Shown here: piece after piece, positions 20,231-31,821 of the stretch
How positions within the stretch are numbered: the stretch's first letter is position 1
Layout of the letters: the number at the start of each line of letters is the position of its first letter
Source: Myxococcota bacterium
Lineage (GTDB): Bacteria; Myxococcota_A; UBA9160; JAFDDA01
Assembly: GCA_965228475.1 (NCBI GenBank)
Contig: OZ245817.1
Span: forward strand, 2,432,001-2,496,000
Length of the DNA stretch: 64,000 bases
Direction: 5' to 3'
Notes under the pieces: generated by a model
What the model was told of the DNA's origin: nothing
Seen by the model: the letters and a program-made list of their open reading frames with translations, nothing else
Database searches by the model: none
Program-made: the position numbers and the translations under genes

Positions 20231-22081
20231 CTACGCCGAGAGCGCGATGCCGAGATCGCGCTGCAGGCCGAAAGCCAGGTGTTCGACGAGCGCCCGGTCC
20301 GCGGTATGGAAGAGGCACTCGTCCCCCTCCTCGGCCGCGCCGCGCAACAGGGCATAGGCCGGGCCCTCGCCGTAGTAGAGGACGAAGGGATGCGTGATGC
20401 CGGCCTCCTCGGCCACGACCGTCGTCAGCGGAATGCCGGCCGGCGCCTCGGCCCCGTCGGCCACGAAGATCACCTGGGTGCCGAGCTCGACCCCGCGCAG
20501 GGCTTCGAGGCCTTCGCGCAGGGACGGCGAGAGCGGGCCCCCGGGCGCGAGGAACAGGAGGCCGCGGTCGCCCGGGCGCCGGACGAGCTCGTCGAGAAGG
20601 AAGCGCGTGGCCTGCTCCGCGGTGCGCGGCGCGCCCGGGCCGGCCACCCGCAGGAGGCCGGCGGCCATCTCCTCGAATGGCGTCTCCCCGCCGACGAGTT
20701 CCTTGGCGACGCTCGTGCGGGCCTCCTCGAGGCGGGCGTCGAGCACGCGGACGAGCGGTTCGAGCTGGTCGCCATCGCCCGGGAAGGTCGCCGCCGAGAG
20801 CGTGACCTCGGGCTGGAGGTCGCAGCCCTCGGGCTTCAAGACGGACTCGCGAGCGATCATGTCGCGGATGCGGCGCTTCAGGACGGCGGCGCCGAGGGCA
20901 TCGGTCTCCGGGAGCAGGATCCGGTAGCGCGCGTCGCTCTCGGTCGCGACGAGGTCCGTCGCACGCAGGGCGCGCCCGATGTGGAAGACGATCGACTCGA
21001 GCCAGTGGCCGAGCTCCGGGTCCGAGAGCCGCTGGCGCATGGGCGCCAGGTTCCCGAGCTCGAGCTTCAGCATCGAGAAGTGCCGGCCGAAGCGGCTCGC
21101 CTTGTTGATCTCGTTGCGCGCGAGGTCCTCGAAGTAGGCGAGCGTGTAGGCCTTGGTCGTCGGGTCCTTGAAAGAGCGACGCTCGAGGGAGCGGAAGCGC
21201 TGGGCGTTGCCGAGGGCGAGCCCCGAGAGGTCCACGAACTTCTCGACGGCGGCGCGGTCGGAGTCCTCGAAGGCCGCGCGCTCGAGCTTGTCCGTCAGCC
21301 GCGCGAGGGCCACGAGGCTCCCGTTGCGCACGAAGGGAACGTAGAGCGCGCCGGCCGCCTGCTCGTGCCCCGCAAGATCGTGGACGCTGTCGATCACGCA
21401 GCTCGTCCCCGCCGGATCGCTGAGATCGGAGAGCTCCGTCGGGAAGCGGCTCGGCAGGATCTCCTCGGGCTCGTCGACCATGCGCACGAGGCCCTTGGCG
21501 GCCACCAGGCGCAGGGTGTTCGCGTCCTCGCTCGGCTGGGCCCAGAGCACGCCGCCCTGGGCACCGGTCTCGAGACAGAGCCCGTCGACGATGCGCTCGG
21601 CCAGGGGCTCGAGCGAGAGCGTCGCGAACAGGCCCATGGCCCGCTCGTAGAGCGAGAGCTCGCCCATGTAGTCGAGGTTCTCTTGCATCAGGCGGTGATG
21701 CTCGTTCTCGAGCCGCCGCCGCTCGAAGAGCCGTTCGAGGGTGTGCTGGAGGGCGCCGCGCTCGATCGGCTTCAGCTGGTAGTCGAGCGCGCCCTGCTTC
21801 ATGCACTCGACGGCGGTCTTCACGTCGCCGCCGCTCGCGAGCACGACGATGCCGAGGTCCGGGTAGCCGTCGCGCAGGGCGCGGACGAAATCGGTGCCAT
21901 CGGCGTCGGGCAACAGCACGTCGGTCAGGACGACGTCGAAGTTCTCGCGTTCGAGGGCGCGGCGGGCTTCCGCGGCGGAGCCCGCCGTGCGGACCTCATA
22001 GCCGTCCTCTCCCAGGAGCTCTTCGATGAAGGCCCGGAAGTACGGTTGATCGTCGACTGCGAGTATTCGTCCGCTCGGCAC
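20231..22081 (-). CDS. Response regulator REC-GAF-degenerate GGDEF protein with C-terminal extension
   Basis: ILAVDD...DVVLTDVLLPDADG...DYQLKP; GAF-like middle; KDPTTKAY...EINKASRF; RATD-5 aa-SDARY in place of RxxD-5 aa-GGDEF, then ILLPETD. Confidence 0.85.
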   Translation of the reverse strand: MPSGRILAVDDQPYFRAFIEELLGEDGYEVRTAGSAAEARRALERENFDVVLTDVLLPDADGTDFVRALRDGYPDLGIVVLASGGDVKTAVECMKQGALDYQLKPIERGALQHTLERLFERRRLENEHHRLMQENLDYMGELSLYERAMGLFATLSLEPLAERIVDGLCLETGAQGGVLWAQPSEDANTLRLVAAKGLVRMVDEPEEILPSRFPTELSDLSDPAGTSCVIDSVHDLAGHEQAAGALYVPFVRNGSLVALARLTDKLERAAFEDSDRAAVEKFVDLSGLALGNAQRFRSLERRSFKDPTTKAYTLAYFEDLARNEINKASRFGRHFSMLKLELGNLAPMRQRLSDPELGHWLESIVFHIGRALRATDLVATESDARYRILLPETDALGAAVLKRRIRDMIARESVLKPEGCDLQPEVTLSAATFPGDGDQLEPLVRVLDARLEEARTSVAKELVGGETPFEEMAAGLLRVAGPGAPRTAEQATRFLLDELVRRPGDRGLLFLAPGGPLSPSLREGLEALRGVELGTQVIFVADGAEAPAGIPLTTVVAEEAGITHPFVLYYGEGPAYALLRGAAEEGDECLFHTADRALVEHLAFGLQRDLGIALSA

Positions 22082-22113
22082 GTTCCCCCCTGCCCGGCCG
22101 GCGCTTCCCGCGG

Positions 22114-23589
22114 CTAGTGGCCTTGCGACGCCAGACCCTCGGGCCCGGGATCGCCGGCTGCCGCGGGCCCACGCGGCCCGCCCCTGCGCAACCCATCGGC
22201 AGAATCGCCTCCGGGCTTCACTCCATCCAGTGATTTCGGACGTCCGATCATGGAGTGGGGGGTCGCCTCCACGATTTCGACGCGGGCCAGGGCCCCCGGC
22301 GCCAGCTCCGCACCGCCCTCGAGGTTCACGCGGCGATGGTGGGCGTCGCGCCCGCAGAGCTGGCGGCCTCCGCGGCGGCTCGGCCCTTCCACCCGCACCT
22401 CGACCGTCGTGCCGACCCGGCTGCGATGCGTAGCCAGCCGGAGCCGGGCCTGGAGCGCCTGGAGGCGTTCGAGCCGGTCCTGGGCCACGTCCTCGGCCAC
22501 CTCGCCGGGCAGCTCGGAGGCCCGCGTGCCCGGCCGCGGCGAGTACTTGAAGGAGAAGCTGTCGACGAACCCGACGGCCTCGACGAGCGCCAGGGTCGCC
22601 TCGAAGTCCTCCTCGGTCTCCCCCGGGAAGCCCACGATCAGGTCCGTCGTGAGGTCGATGTCGCTGCGCGCGGCGCGCAGGGCCGCCACGATCTCGAGGT
22701 ACTCCGCCGCCGTGTAGCGGCGCCGCATGAGCTCGAGCATCCGGTCCGAACCGCTCTGCACCGGGAGGTGGACGTGGGGGCAGAGCCGCTCGAGCTTCGC
22801 GTGGGCGGCCACGAGCGCCTCGTCGAAGAAGAGCGGGTGCGGGCTCGTGTAGCGGATGCGGTCGAGGCCCGGCGTCGCATCGAGCGCCGCGAGCAGCTCC
22901 GCGAAGGGCATCGTGCCGAGGGCCTCGGCCTTGCCCCGGCGCACGTCGTGCCGGCCGTAGGCGTTCACGGTCTGGCCGAGCAGCGTGATTTCGCGGACCC
23001 CCTGCGCGGCGAGCTGGCGCGCTTCTTCGAGGATCCCGGCGGCGGGCCGGCTGATCTCGCGGCCGCGCGTCGTCGGCACGATGCAGAAGCTGCAAAACAT
23101 GTCGCAGCCCTCCATCACCGTGAGGAAGGCGCGGCCCGGCGTCGTGCTCGAGAAGGACGGATGGCGCTCGGGCAGGTCGAAGCGGTCGAGCGAGCGCGAC
23201 TCTTCGGTGCGCACCGCCCGCTGGCCGTCGAGGGCCGCCTCCGCCAGGGCCGGCACGCGCACGAGGTTGTGCGTCCCGAAGACGAAGTCCACCTGGTCGA
23301 AGCGGTCGAGCAGGACGTCGCCCTCCTGCTGGGCCACGCAGCCTCCCACGCCGATCACGCGTTCGGGCCGGGCCTCCTTCCAGGCGCGGAGCTTGCCGAC
23401 GTCGCTGTAGAGCTTGTGCTCGACCTTGTCCCGGATCGAGCAGGTATTCACGATCAGGAGATCCGCCGAGTCCGGATCCGCTGCGGCCTCGTAGCCCGCA
23501 TGGTGGAGCAGGTTCGACACCTTCTCGGTGTCGTGGACGTTCATCTGGCATCCAAAGGTGCGGATCCAGAAGCGGCGAGGCTCGGCCAC
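22114..23589 (-). CDS. miaB: tRNA i6A37 methylthiotransferase
   Basis: TFGCQMNVHDTE, NTCSIRD, GGCVAQ, EGCDMFCSFCIVP, HLPVQSGS, DLIVGFPGET, YSPRPGT, TRAM domain. Confidence 0.95.
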   Translation of the reverse strand: MAEPRRFWIRTFGCQMNVHDTEKVSNLLHHAGYEAAADPDSADLLIVNTCSIRDKVEHKLYSDVGKLRAWKEARPERVIGVGGCVAQQEGDVLLDRFDQVDFVFGTHNLVRVPALAEAALDGQRAVRTEESRSLDRFDLPERHPSFSSTTPGRAFLTVMEGCDMFCSFCIVPTTRGREISRPAAGILEEARQLAAQGVREITLLGQTVNAYGRHDVRRGKAEALGTMPFAELLAALDATPGLDRIRYTSPHPLFFDEALVAAHAKLERLCPHVHLPVQSGSDRMLELMRRRYTAAEYLEIVAALRAARSDIDLTTDLIVGFPGETEEDFEATLALVEAVGFVDSFSFKYSPRPGTRASELPGEVAEDVAQDRLERLQALQARLRLATHRSRVGTTVEVRVEGPSRRGGRQLCGRDAHHRRVNLEGGAELAPGALARVEIVEATPHSMIGRPKSLDGVKPGGDSADGLRRGGPRGPAAAGDPGPEGLASQGH

Positions 23590-23801
23590 GGTGGCTCCAG
23601 GGGCTGCGGGACGTTCGCGCCGCGCGGCGATGCGGCCCGTTCCGGGCATGCCGCGATGCGTTGCGAAGCCTCGCGACGGTAACGGAGCGCGAAGACCTGC
23701 GTCAAACGCCACCCGGGGCCCATTCGGCCCGCAAATAGACGTGCAAAATCAGGGTCATCGGTCGGGAATCGTTGATGTTTTGCGGGCGAGGAAAAACGTG
23801 T

Positions 23802-23829
23802 TTGACAACGTTCGGGCCCCCTGCATAAT
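23802..23829 (+). promoter_or_regulatory. Sigma70-type promoter
   Basis: TTGACA-16 nt-CATAAT with an AT-richer upstream tract, in a genome where such hexamers are rare. Confidence 0.7.
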
Positions 23830-23835
23830 GGCTCT

Positions 23836-23955
23836 CGGAGGGCCGGTGGATTAGACATTTCGAGTTCGAAATGTCCAACCTCTCACCCCCCATAATCCGT
23901 CCACCGGACCTCCACGCATTCGAAAAGCCCCGCTGGGAAACCAGCGGGGCTTTTT
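23836..23955 (+). ncRNA. Candidate small non-coding RNA of about 120 nt
   Basis: Lies between a promoter and an intrinsic terminator with no credible ORF; outer stem, 9-bp inner hairpin and C-rich loop. Confidence 0.65.
23923..23955. terminator. Bidirectional intrinsic terminator
   Basis: AAAA-GCCCCGCTGG-GAAA-CCAGCGGGGC-TTTTT: perfect 10-bp stem with A and T tracts on either side. Confidence 0.9.
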
Positions 23956-23999
23956 CGTTCTTCGCGGTTCATCGGGTTCGGGAGCGCTAGGGCACGGGC

Positions 24000-24695
24000 T
24001 CACCCGTAGACCATCTCCGGGTACATGAGGTCGACGGCGAAGAAGAAGACCGGCATGAAGATCTCGTCGAAGATCCGCCACGCGATCAGGATGCCGATCC
24101 AACCGAGCATCGGCTCCCGGGTCACGTTCATCCACGCCTCGCTGGCGCGCTCGCTGAGGAGCAGCGGCAGCGCGCCTGCCCCATCGAGGGGCGGGACCGG
24201 GAGGAGATTCAGCACGAACAGCACCAGGTTCATGGAGAAGAATACGCCGACGATGTAGCCGACCTGCTCGAGGCCCGGCGTTGCCGCCGCGGTGATGGCC
24301 GCGAAGCGGATGGAAGGCGGGGGGAAGAAGATTTCGAGTGCGATCCCCGCGCGAATCAGCAAGGCCGCGATCAGCACGAGTGCGAGGTTCGCCGCAGGCC
24401 CCGCCAGCGCCATCCAGGCTGCGCGCCGCGGGTGAGCCCGCGCCCAATCCGGGTCGTACGGGGCGCTCGCAAAGCCGAACGGCCAGCCCGAGATCGCCAC
24501 CGTGATCAGCGGCAACAGCACCATCCCCACGGGCTCGCGCCGGATGTGGGGAATCGGGTCGAGCGTGACCTGCCCCCCGTGGTACGCGGTCGGATCTCCG
24601 CCGCGGAGCGCCGCCCACGCATGCGCCGCCTCGTGAACGGTCACCGAAAACAGGAACGCGACGTAGAAGACGAGGGCTCCGACCGGGTCTTCCAT
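24000..24695 (-). CDS. Site-2 protease (peptidase M50) family protein
   Basis: HEAAH, GDPTA, TLDP..H, AGPAAN, NLLPVPPLDG. Confidence 0.92.
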   Translation of the reverse strand: MEDPVGALVFYVAFLFSVTVHEAAHAWAALRGGDPTAYHGGQVTLDPIPHIRREPVGMVLLPLITVAISGWPFGFASAPYDPDWARAHPRRAAWMALAGPAANLALVLIAALLIRAGIALEIFFPPPSIRFAAITAAATPGLEQVGYIVGVFFSMNLVLFVLNLLPVPPLDGAGALPLLLSERASEAWMNVTREPMLGWIGILIAWRIFDEIFMPVFFFAVDLMYPEMVYG

Positions 24696-24704
24696 CGGCG
24701 CCGG

Positions 24705-26123
24705 CTACAGGATCAGGCCGTCGACGATCTTCGAGAGCTGGCGGAGGTTGCGGACCTCCTCGGCCACGTCGGTGTAGGGCAGATAGCGATCCATCACGGA
24801 GTCGCCGAAGCCCCAGGCGCCGGGGCTCTCCGGGTTCAGCCAGACGACGTTCTTGGCCTTGTCGTGGATGTCGCGCACGCACCAGGCCTTCGGGTCGTTG
24901 TAGTTGTTGCGGGCGTCCCCGAGGATCAGGACCGTGGTCTTGTTGTCGACCGCCGAGAGGAAGTCGCGCCAGAAGGTGTGGAACGCGAAGCCGAAGTTGC
25001 TGCGCGTGTAGACGTTGATCACGCCGCCGCCGTCGAGGGCGCTCTCGACGGCCTCGTTCACTTCCTTTTCCTGGAAGACCGAGGAGACCTCGCCGAGCTC
25101 CGCCACGAACACGAAGGTCCGGATCTTGGTGAAGGCTTCCTGCAGCGCGTACATGAACTGCAGCATGAAGCGCGAGACGTTCGCCACGGAGCTCGAGACG
25201 TCGCACAGGATCACGAGCTTCGGGCGGTCCTTCTTCTTCTGCTTGTAGACCACGTCGAAGGGCACGCCGCCGTGGCTCATGTTCTTGCGCAGCGTGTAGT
25301 GGAGGTCGAGCTTCCCCTTCTTCAGGCGGCGGCGGCGGATCGAGAGGATGTTCTTGATGCGCTGGGCGAGGCGGTTCACGACCTCGCGCATCTGCTTGAT
25401 CTCTTCCTCGGTCAGGTTGTAGAAGCTCTTCTCGAGCAGGCTCTCGCGGCGGAACTTCTCCATGTAGTCGAGGTTCTGCTTGCGCAGCTCGCGCTCGGTG
25501 AAGTTGCGCACGGTCTTGCGGAGCGCTTCCTGGATCCGGCCGAGGTGCTCCATCAGCCCCTCGACCTCCTCCTCGCCCATGCCCGCGTCGCGCAGACGCT
25601 GGGCCAGCGCTTCGAGCTGCCCCATCGCGCCCTCGGCGTTCATCTGCTCAAGGATGCGGCGCGTGAAGAAGCCGACCTGGAGCATGTTCTCGATGCGGCC
25701 GGTCCCCGCCTGCTCGGCGGCGTCGCGGATCATCTGCTCGAGCTGGTCGAGGTCCATGGTCAGGAGCGCCTGGGCGAGGTCGTTCAGGTCGATGTCGCCC
25801 GGGTCCATCTCGCCCATCAGCTCCTGGAGCCGCTGCATGAGCTGATCCATGTCCATGCCTTCGGGAAGGCCGCCGGCGGCGCCTTCGAAGTTCTGGCGGA
25901 GCTCGTCGTAGAAGCCCGACCAGAAGAGGTCGAAGAGCTGGTCGAAGGTCCCGATGTCCTCGTTCTTCTTGACCATGGACGCGCGCAGGGCGTCCTTGAA
26001 GATCTCGCGCTCGTCGAGCGAGAGGCGGTCGAGGGCGTCGAAGGCGTCGATCGACTCCGCCACCGACACCCGAACGCCGCTCTTCCGAAGCAGATTCCCG
26101 AACTCGACGAGCTTCTTCTGCAT
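24705..26123 (-). CDS. CoxE-like VWA domain protein
   Basis: FGNLLRKSGVRVS, LDLHYTLRKN, MIDAS-like CDVSSSV, VLILGDARNN, VWLNPE. Confidence 0.9.
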   Translation of the reverse strand: MQKKLVEFGNLLRKSGVRVSVAESIDAFDALDRLSLDEREIFKDALRASMVKKNEDIGTFDQLFDLFWSGFYDELRQNFEGAAGGLPEGMDMDQLMQRLQELMGEMDPGDIDLNDLAQALLTMDLDQLEQMIRDAAEQAGTGRIENMLQVGFFTRRILEQMNAEGAMGQLEALAQRLRDAGMGEEEVEGLMEHLGRIQEALRKTVRNFTERELRKQNLDYMEKFRRESLLEKSFYNLTEEEIKQMREVVNRLAQRIKNILSIRRRRLKKGKLDLHYTLRKNMSHGGVPFDVVYKQKKKDRPKLVILCDVSSSVANVSRFMLQFMYALQEAFTKIRTFVFVAELGEVSSVFQEKEVNEAVESALDGGGVINVYTRSNFGFAFHTFWRDFLSAVDNKTTVLILGDARNNYNDPKAWCVRDIHDKAKNVVWLNPESPGAWGFGDSVMDRYLPYTDVAEEVRNLRQLSKIVDGLIL

Positions 26124-26133
26124 CAACCGGCTC

Positions 26134-27126
26134 CTAGTGGAGGACGCCCTTCTTGGCCTTGTCCGTCGGCGCTTCGACGGGCTTCTCGGCGGCTTCCTTG
26201 GCGGTCTGCTCCTCGGCCTTGCGCACGATCAGCCGGCCGAGTTCGCTCTCGGCCTTCCGAATGTCGCCCTCGTACTTGAGGATGATCGAGAGCGTGTCCT
26301 TGACGATCGACTCGTCGAGCTCGTTCGAGTTCAGCACGAGCAGCGCCCGCGCCCAGTCGAGCGTCTCGGAGATCGAAGGCGTCTTCTTCAGGTCGAGCTT
26401 GCGGATGCGGTGCATCACGCCGACCAGCTCCTCCGCCAGCCGGTCCGCGATGCCCGGCACCTTGGCCTCGAGGATCTTCTGCTCGAGGGCTTCGTCCGGG
26501 AAATCGATGAACAGGTGGAGGCAGCGGCGCTTCAGGGCGTCGCTCATCTCGCGGGCGTCGTTCGAGGTCAGGATCACGAGGGGCGTCTGCTTTGCCTCGA
26601 AGGTCCCGATCTCGGGCACCGAGACCTGGTAGTCCGAGAGCACCTCGAGCAGGAACGCCTCGAACTCCGGATCCGACTTGTCGACCTCGTCGATCAGGAG
26701 CAGGACCGGATCCTCCGAGGTGATCGCCCGCATGAGCGGCCGCGGCACGATGAACTGGTCCGAGAAGAACACGCTGTCCTGCTGGCCGACGCGGGCCGCG
26801 GCCTCCTGGATGGTGCTCGCCCCCTCCATCGACTCCGTGAAGCGCTCCTTCAGGATCTGGGTGTAGAGGAGCTGCTTCGAGTACTCCCACTCGTAGAGCG
26901 CCTTGGCCTCGTCGAGCCCCTCGTAGCACTGGAGGCGGATCAGCTCGCGATTCGTCGCCGCGGCGACGACCTTCGCGAGCTCCGTCTTTCCGACGCCGGC
27001 CGGGCCCTCGACGAGCACGGGCTTCCCGAGCTGCTCCGCGAGGTACACCACCGTGGCGATGTTCTTGCCACAGATGTAGCCCTGGGCATCCAGGGAAGAG
27101 ATGACGTCGTCGACCGATTCGAACAT
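26134..27126 (-). CDS. MoxR/CoxD-like AAA+ ATPase
   Basis: EGPAGVGKTELAK, RLQCYEGLDEAKALYEWEY, LLIDEVDK, SDALKRRC, PSISETLDW. Confidence 0.92.
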   Translation of the reverse strand: MFESVDDVISSLDAQGYICGKNIATVVYLAEQLGKPVLVEGPAGVGKTELAKVVAAATNRELIRLQCYEGLDEAKALYEWEYSKQLLYTQILKERFTESMEGASTIQEAAARVGQQDSVFFSDQFIVPRPLMRAITSEDPVLLLIDEVDKSDPEFEAFLLEVLSDYQVSVPEIGTFEAKQTPLVILTSNDAREMSDALKRRCLHLFIDFPDEALEQKILEAKVPGIADRLAEELVGVMHRIRKLDLKKTPSISETLDWARALLVLNSNELDESIVKDTLSIILKYEGDIRKAESELGRLIVRKAEEQTAKEAAEKPVEAPTDKAKKGVLH

Positions 27127-27135
27127 GAAGCGCTC

Positions 27136-28413
27136 CTAGCCCCTGAGGTGAAGGACGTGGCCGAGCTTTTCCTTCTTCGCGCGGAGGTAGTCGAGGTTGC
27201 GCTCGTTCGGCGCAATCTCGATCGGCACCCGCTCGACGATGGTCAGGCCATAGCCTTCGATTCCGGCACGTTTACCGGGGTTGTTGGTGATGAGTCGCAT
27301 GTGGCGCACGCCGATGTCCCGGAGGATCTGGGCGCCGACGCCGTAGTCACGCAGGTCCGGCGGGAAGCCGAGCTTCTCGTTGGCCTCGACCGTGTCGAGC
27401 CCTTCGCCGTCCTGGAGCCCGTAGGCCGCGATCTTGTTCTTGAGGCCGATCCCGCGGCCTTCCTGGCGCATGTAGAGGATCACGCCCTTGCCGACGTCGT
27501 CGATCATGCGCATGGCGGCTTCGAGCTGTTCGCCGCAATCGCAGCGCAGGGAGCCGAAGGCATCGCCGGTCAGGCATTCGCTGTGCACGCGGACGAGCAC
27601 CGGCTCCTCGGGATCGATCTCGCCTTTCACGAGCGCGACGTGGTCGACGTGGTCGATCGCGTTCTCGTAGACGTGGGCGTCGAACTCGCCCCCGGCGGCA
27701 GTCGGGATCTTCGCGCTCGAGGCCCGCGCGACGAGCGTCTCGTTGCGCAGCCGGTAGTCGATCATGTCGGCGATCGTGACGATCTTGAGACCGTGCTCGC
27801 GCCCGAACTCCACGAGGTCGGGCATGCGGGCCATGCTGCCGTCGTCGTTCATGATCTCGCAGATCACCGAGGCCGGCTTGAAGCCCGCCATGCGGGCCAG
27901 GTCGATGCCGCCTTCGGTCTGCCCCGCCCGCCGCAGGACGCCGCCTTCGCGGCCCCGGAGCGGGAAGATGTGGCCCGGCCGGACGATGTCGTAGGGCTTC
28001 GTGTCGTCGGCGATCGCCGTGAGCACGGTCCGGGCCCGGTCCGCGGCCGAGATGCCCGTCGTGACGCCCTCGCGGGCCTCGATCGAGACGGTGAAGGCCG
28101 TGTGGAAGGGGGTCGTGTTCTCCGCCTCGGGCACCATCATGTCGAGGCGCAGCTCCCGCAGGCGCTCCTCGGTCAGGGGCAGGCAGATCAGCCCGCGGCC
28201 GTACTTGGCCATGAAGTTGATCGCTTCGGGGGTGCAGGCCTCGGCGGCCATGCACAGATCGCCTTCGTTCTCGCGGTCCTCGTCGTCGACGAGGATCACC
28301 ATGCGCCCGGCGCGGATCTCCTCGATCGCCTCCTCGACGCTGGCGATCGAATCGCTGAAGTCCGGCTTCTGCAGGGAGCCCGGGTCGGGCCGTTCGAGGG
28401 TCTCGTCCGCCAT
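27136..28413 (-). CDS. ribBA: Bifunctional DHBP synthase / GTP cyclohydrolase II
   Basis: [63 protein letters not shown]. Confidence 0.97.
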   Translation of the reverse strand: MADETLERPDPGSLQKPDFSDSIASVEEAIEEIRAGRMVILVDDEDRENEGDLCMAAEACTPEAINFMAKYGRGLICLPLTEERLRELRLDMMVPEAENTTPFHTAFTVSIEAREGVTTGISAADRARTVLTAIADDTKPYDIVRPGHIFPLRGREGGVLRRAGQTEGGIDLARMAGFKPASVICEIMNDDGSMARMPDLVEFGREHGLKIVTIADMIDYRLRNETLVARASSAKIPTAAGGEFDAHVYENAIDHVDHVALVKGEIDPEEPVLVRVHSECLTGDAFGSLRCDCGEQLEAAMRMIDDVGKGVILYMRQEGRGIGLKNKIAAYGLQDGEGLDTVEANEKLGFPPDLRDYGVGAQILRDIGVRHMRLITNNPGKRAGIEGYGLTIVERVPIEIAPNERNLDYLRAKKEKLGHVLHLRG

Positions 28414-28515
28414 CCGTATTTCCTCCCGTACGGACCCCCCTGGAGGTGGCGTCCGTCCAGTGGAGTGGGTTCCGTCGGCTTCCCCCGTCGCGGACCCTGT
28501 GAAGGGAACCCGACG

Positions 28516-28544
28516 ACGCTATCAGCCGTTGATTCCAGTGTCAA
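28516..28544 (-). promoter_or_regulatory. Sigma70-type promoter for ribBA
   Basis: Minus strand TTGACA-17 nt-TAGCGT, about 100 nt upstream of the ribBA ATG. Confidence 0.6.
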
Positions 28545-28600
28545 ACCGGCAACCCATCGGAACCAAAAGCGTTCCCGCCAACCTGACGCCAACCTGGGCG

Positions 28601-29580
28601 CTACTTCCGGAACAGGTCGAGGAGCAACCGGGCGGCGCTCGCCGGGGCGATTCGCCGAGCCGTGACCTCCTCCTTCAGGCTCGGGAGACGCGCGGCGACC
28701 TCGGGATGGTCCCGGAACGCGCGGGCGAGGCCCTCGTCGACGAGGCTCTCCATCCAGGCGAGATCCTGGGCCTGGCGGCGCGTCTCGAGCTCGCCGCTCG
28801 CCTCGATCTGCGCCCGGTGCTCGAGCACGGTCTGCCAGAACGCATCGATCCCGAGCCCCGAGAGCGCGCTCGTCTTCAGCACCCGGGGCTGCCAGCTCGA
28901 CTGGGCCCGGAACAGTCCGATCGCCGCCTCGTGCTCCGCCGCCGTGCGGTCCGCGAGGCCGGCCTGGGGCCCGTCGGCCTTGTTCACGACGAGCACGTCC
29001 GCAATCTCGAGGACGCCCTTCTTCATGCCCTGGAGTTCGTCGCCCGCACCGGGCTGGAGCAGCACCGCGAAGAAGTCGACCATCGAGGCCACGGTCGCCT
29101 CGGACTGGCCGACTCCCACTGTCTCGACGATCACCGCGTCGTAGCCCGCCGCTTCGCAGACGAGCATGGCTTCGCGGGTCCGATGGGCGACGCCGCCGAG
29201 CTCGCCGCCCGAGGGCGAGGGCCGGATGAACGCCTCGCTCCGGTGCGCGAGCCGCTCCATGCGGGTCTTGTCCCCGAGGATGCTGCCGCCTGAGACCTGG
29301 CTCGAGGGGTCGATGGCGAGAACGGCCACGCGCTTGCCAGCCTCGATCAGGTGGAGCCCCAGGGCCTCGATGAAGGTGCTCTTGCCGACGCCGGGCGTGC
29401 CGGTGATGCCGAGCCGCACGGCGCGGCCGGTCTCCGGCAGGAGCGCCTCGAGGACCGCCTGCCCGCCCGCCGCGCGGTCTTCCCGCGTGCTCTCGAGCCA
29501 GGTGATCGTCCGGGCCACCGAGCGGCGGTCGCCCGCGCGGACCCCGTCGACGAAAGCGGAGACCTCCTCGGCCCCGGGCT

Positions 29581-29584
<4 letters not shown>
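28601..29584 (-). CDS. meaB: Methylmalonyl-CoA mutase-associated GTPase
   Basis: [58 protein letters not shown]. Confidence 0.95.
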
Positions 29585-31731
<2,147 letters not shown>

Positions 31732-31821
31732 CGTGTCGTCTCCATCCGTCCGCGGGAACCCGTCCTGGCGGCGGCGGCAAATTAGCTCACATGGCCCGGC
31801 GAGACTGGCCCGGCGGCCGGA

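Noticed and set aside
23702..23893. Small ORFs in the miaB upstream spacer (23702..23893, 23541..23858, 23528..23854)
   Set aside because: Atypical codon usage and overlap with promoter and RNA structure; better explained as non-coding
28414..28600. FMN riboswitch upstream of ribBA
   Set aside because: The RFN consensus blocks are absent; kept only as an unassigned structured leader
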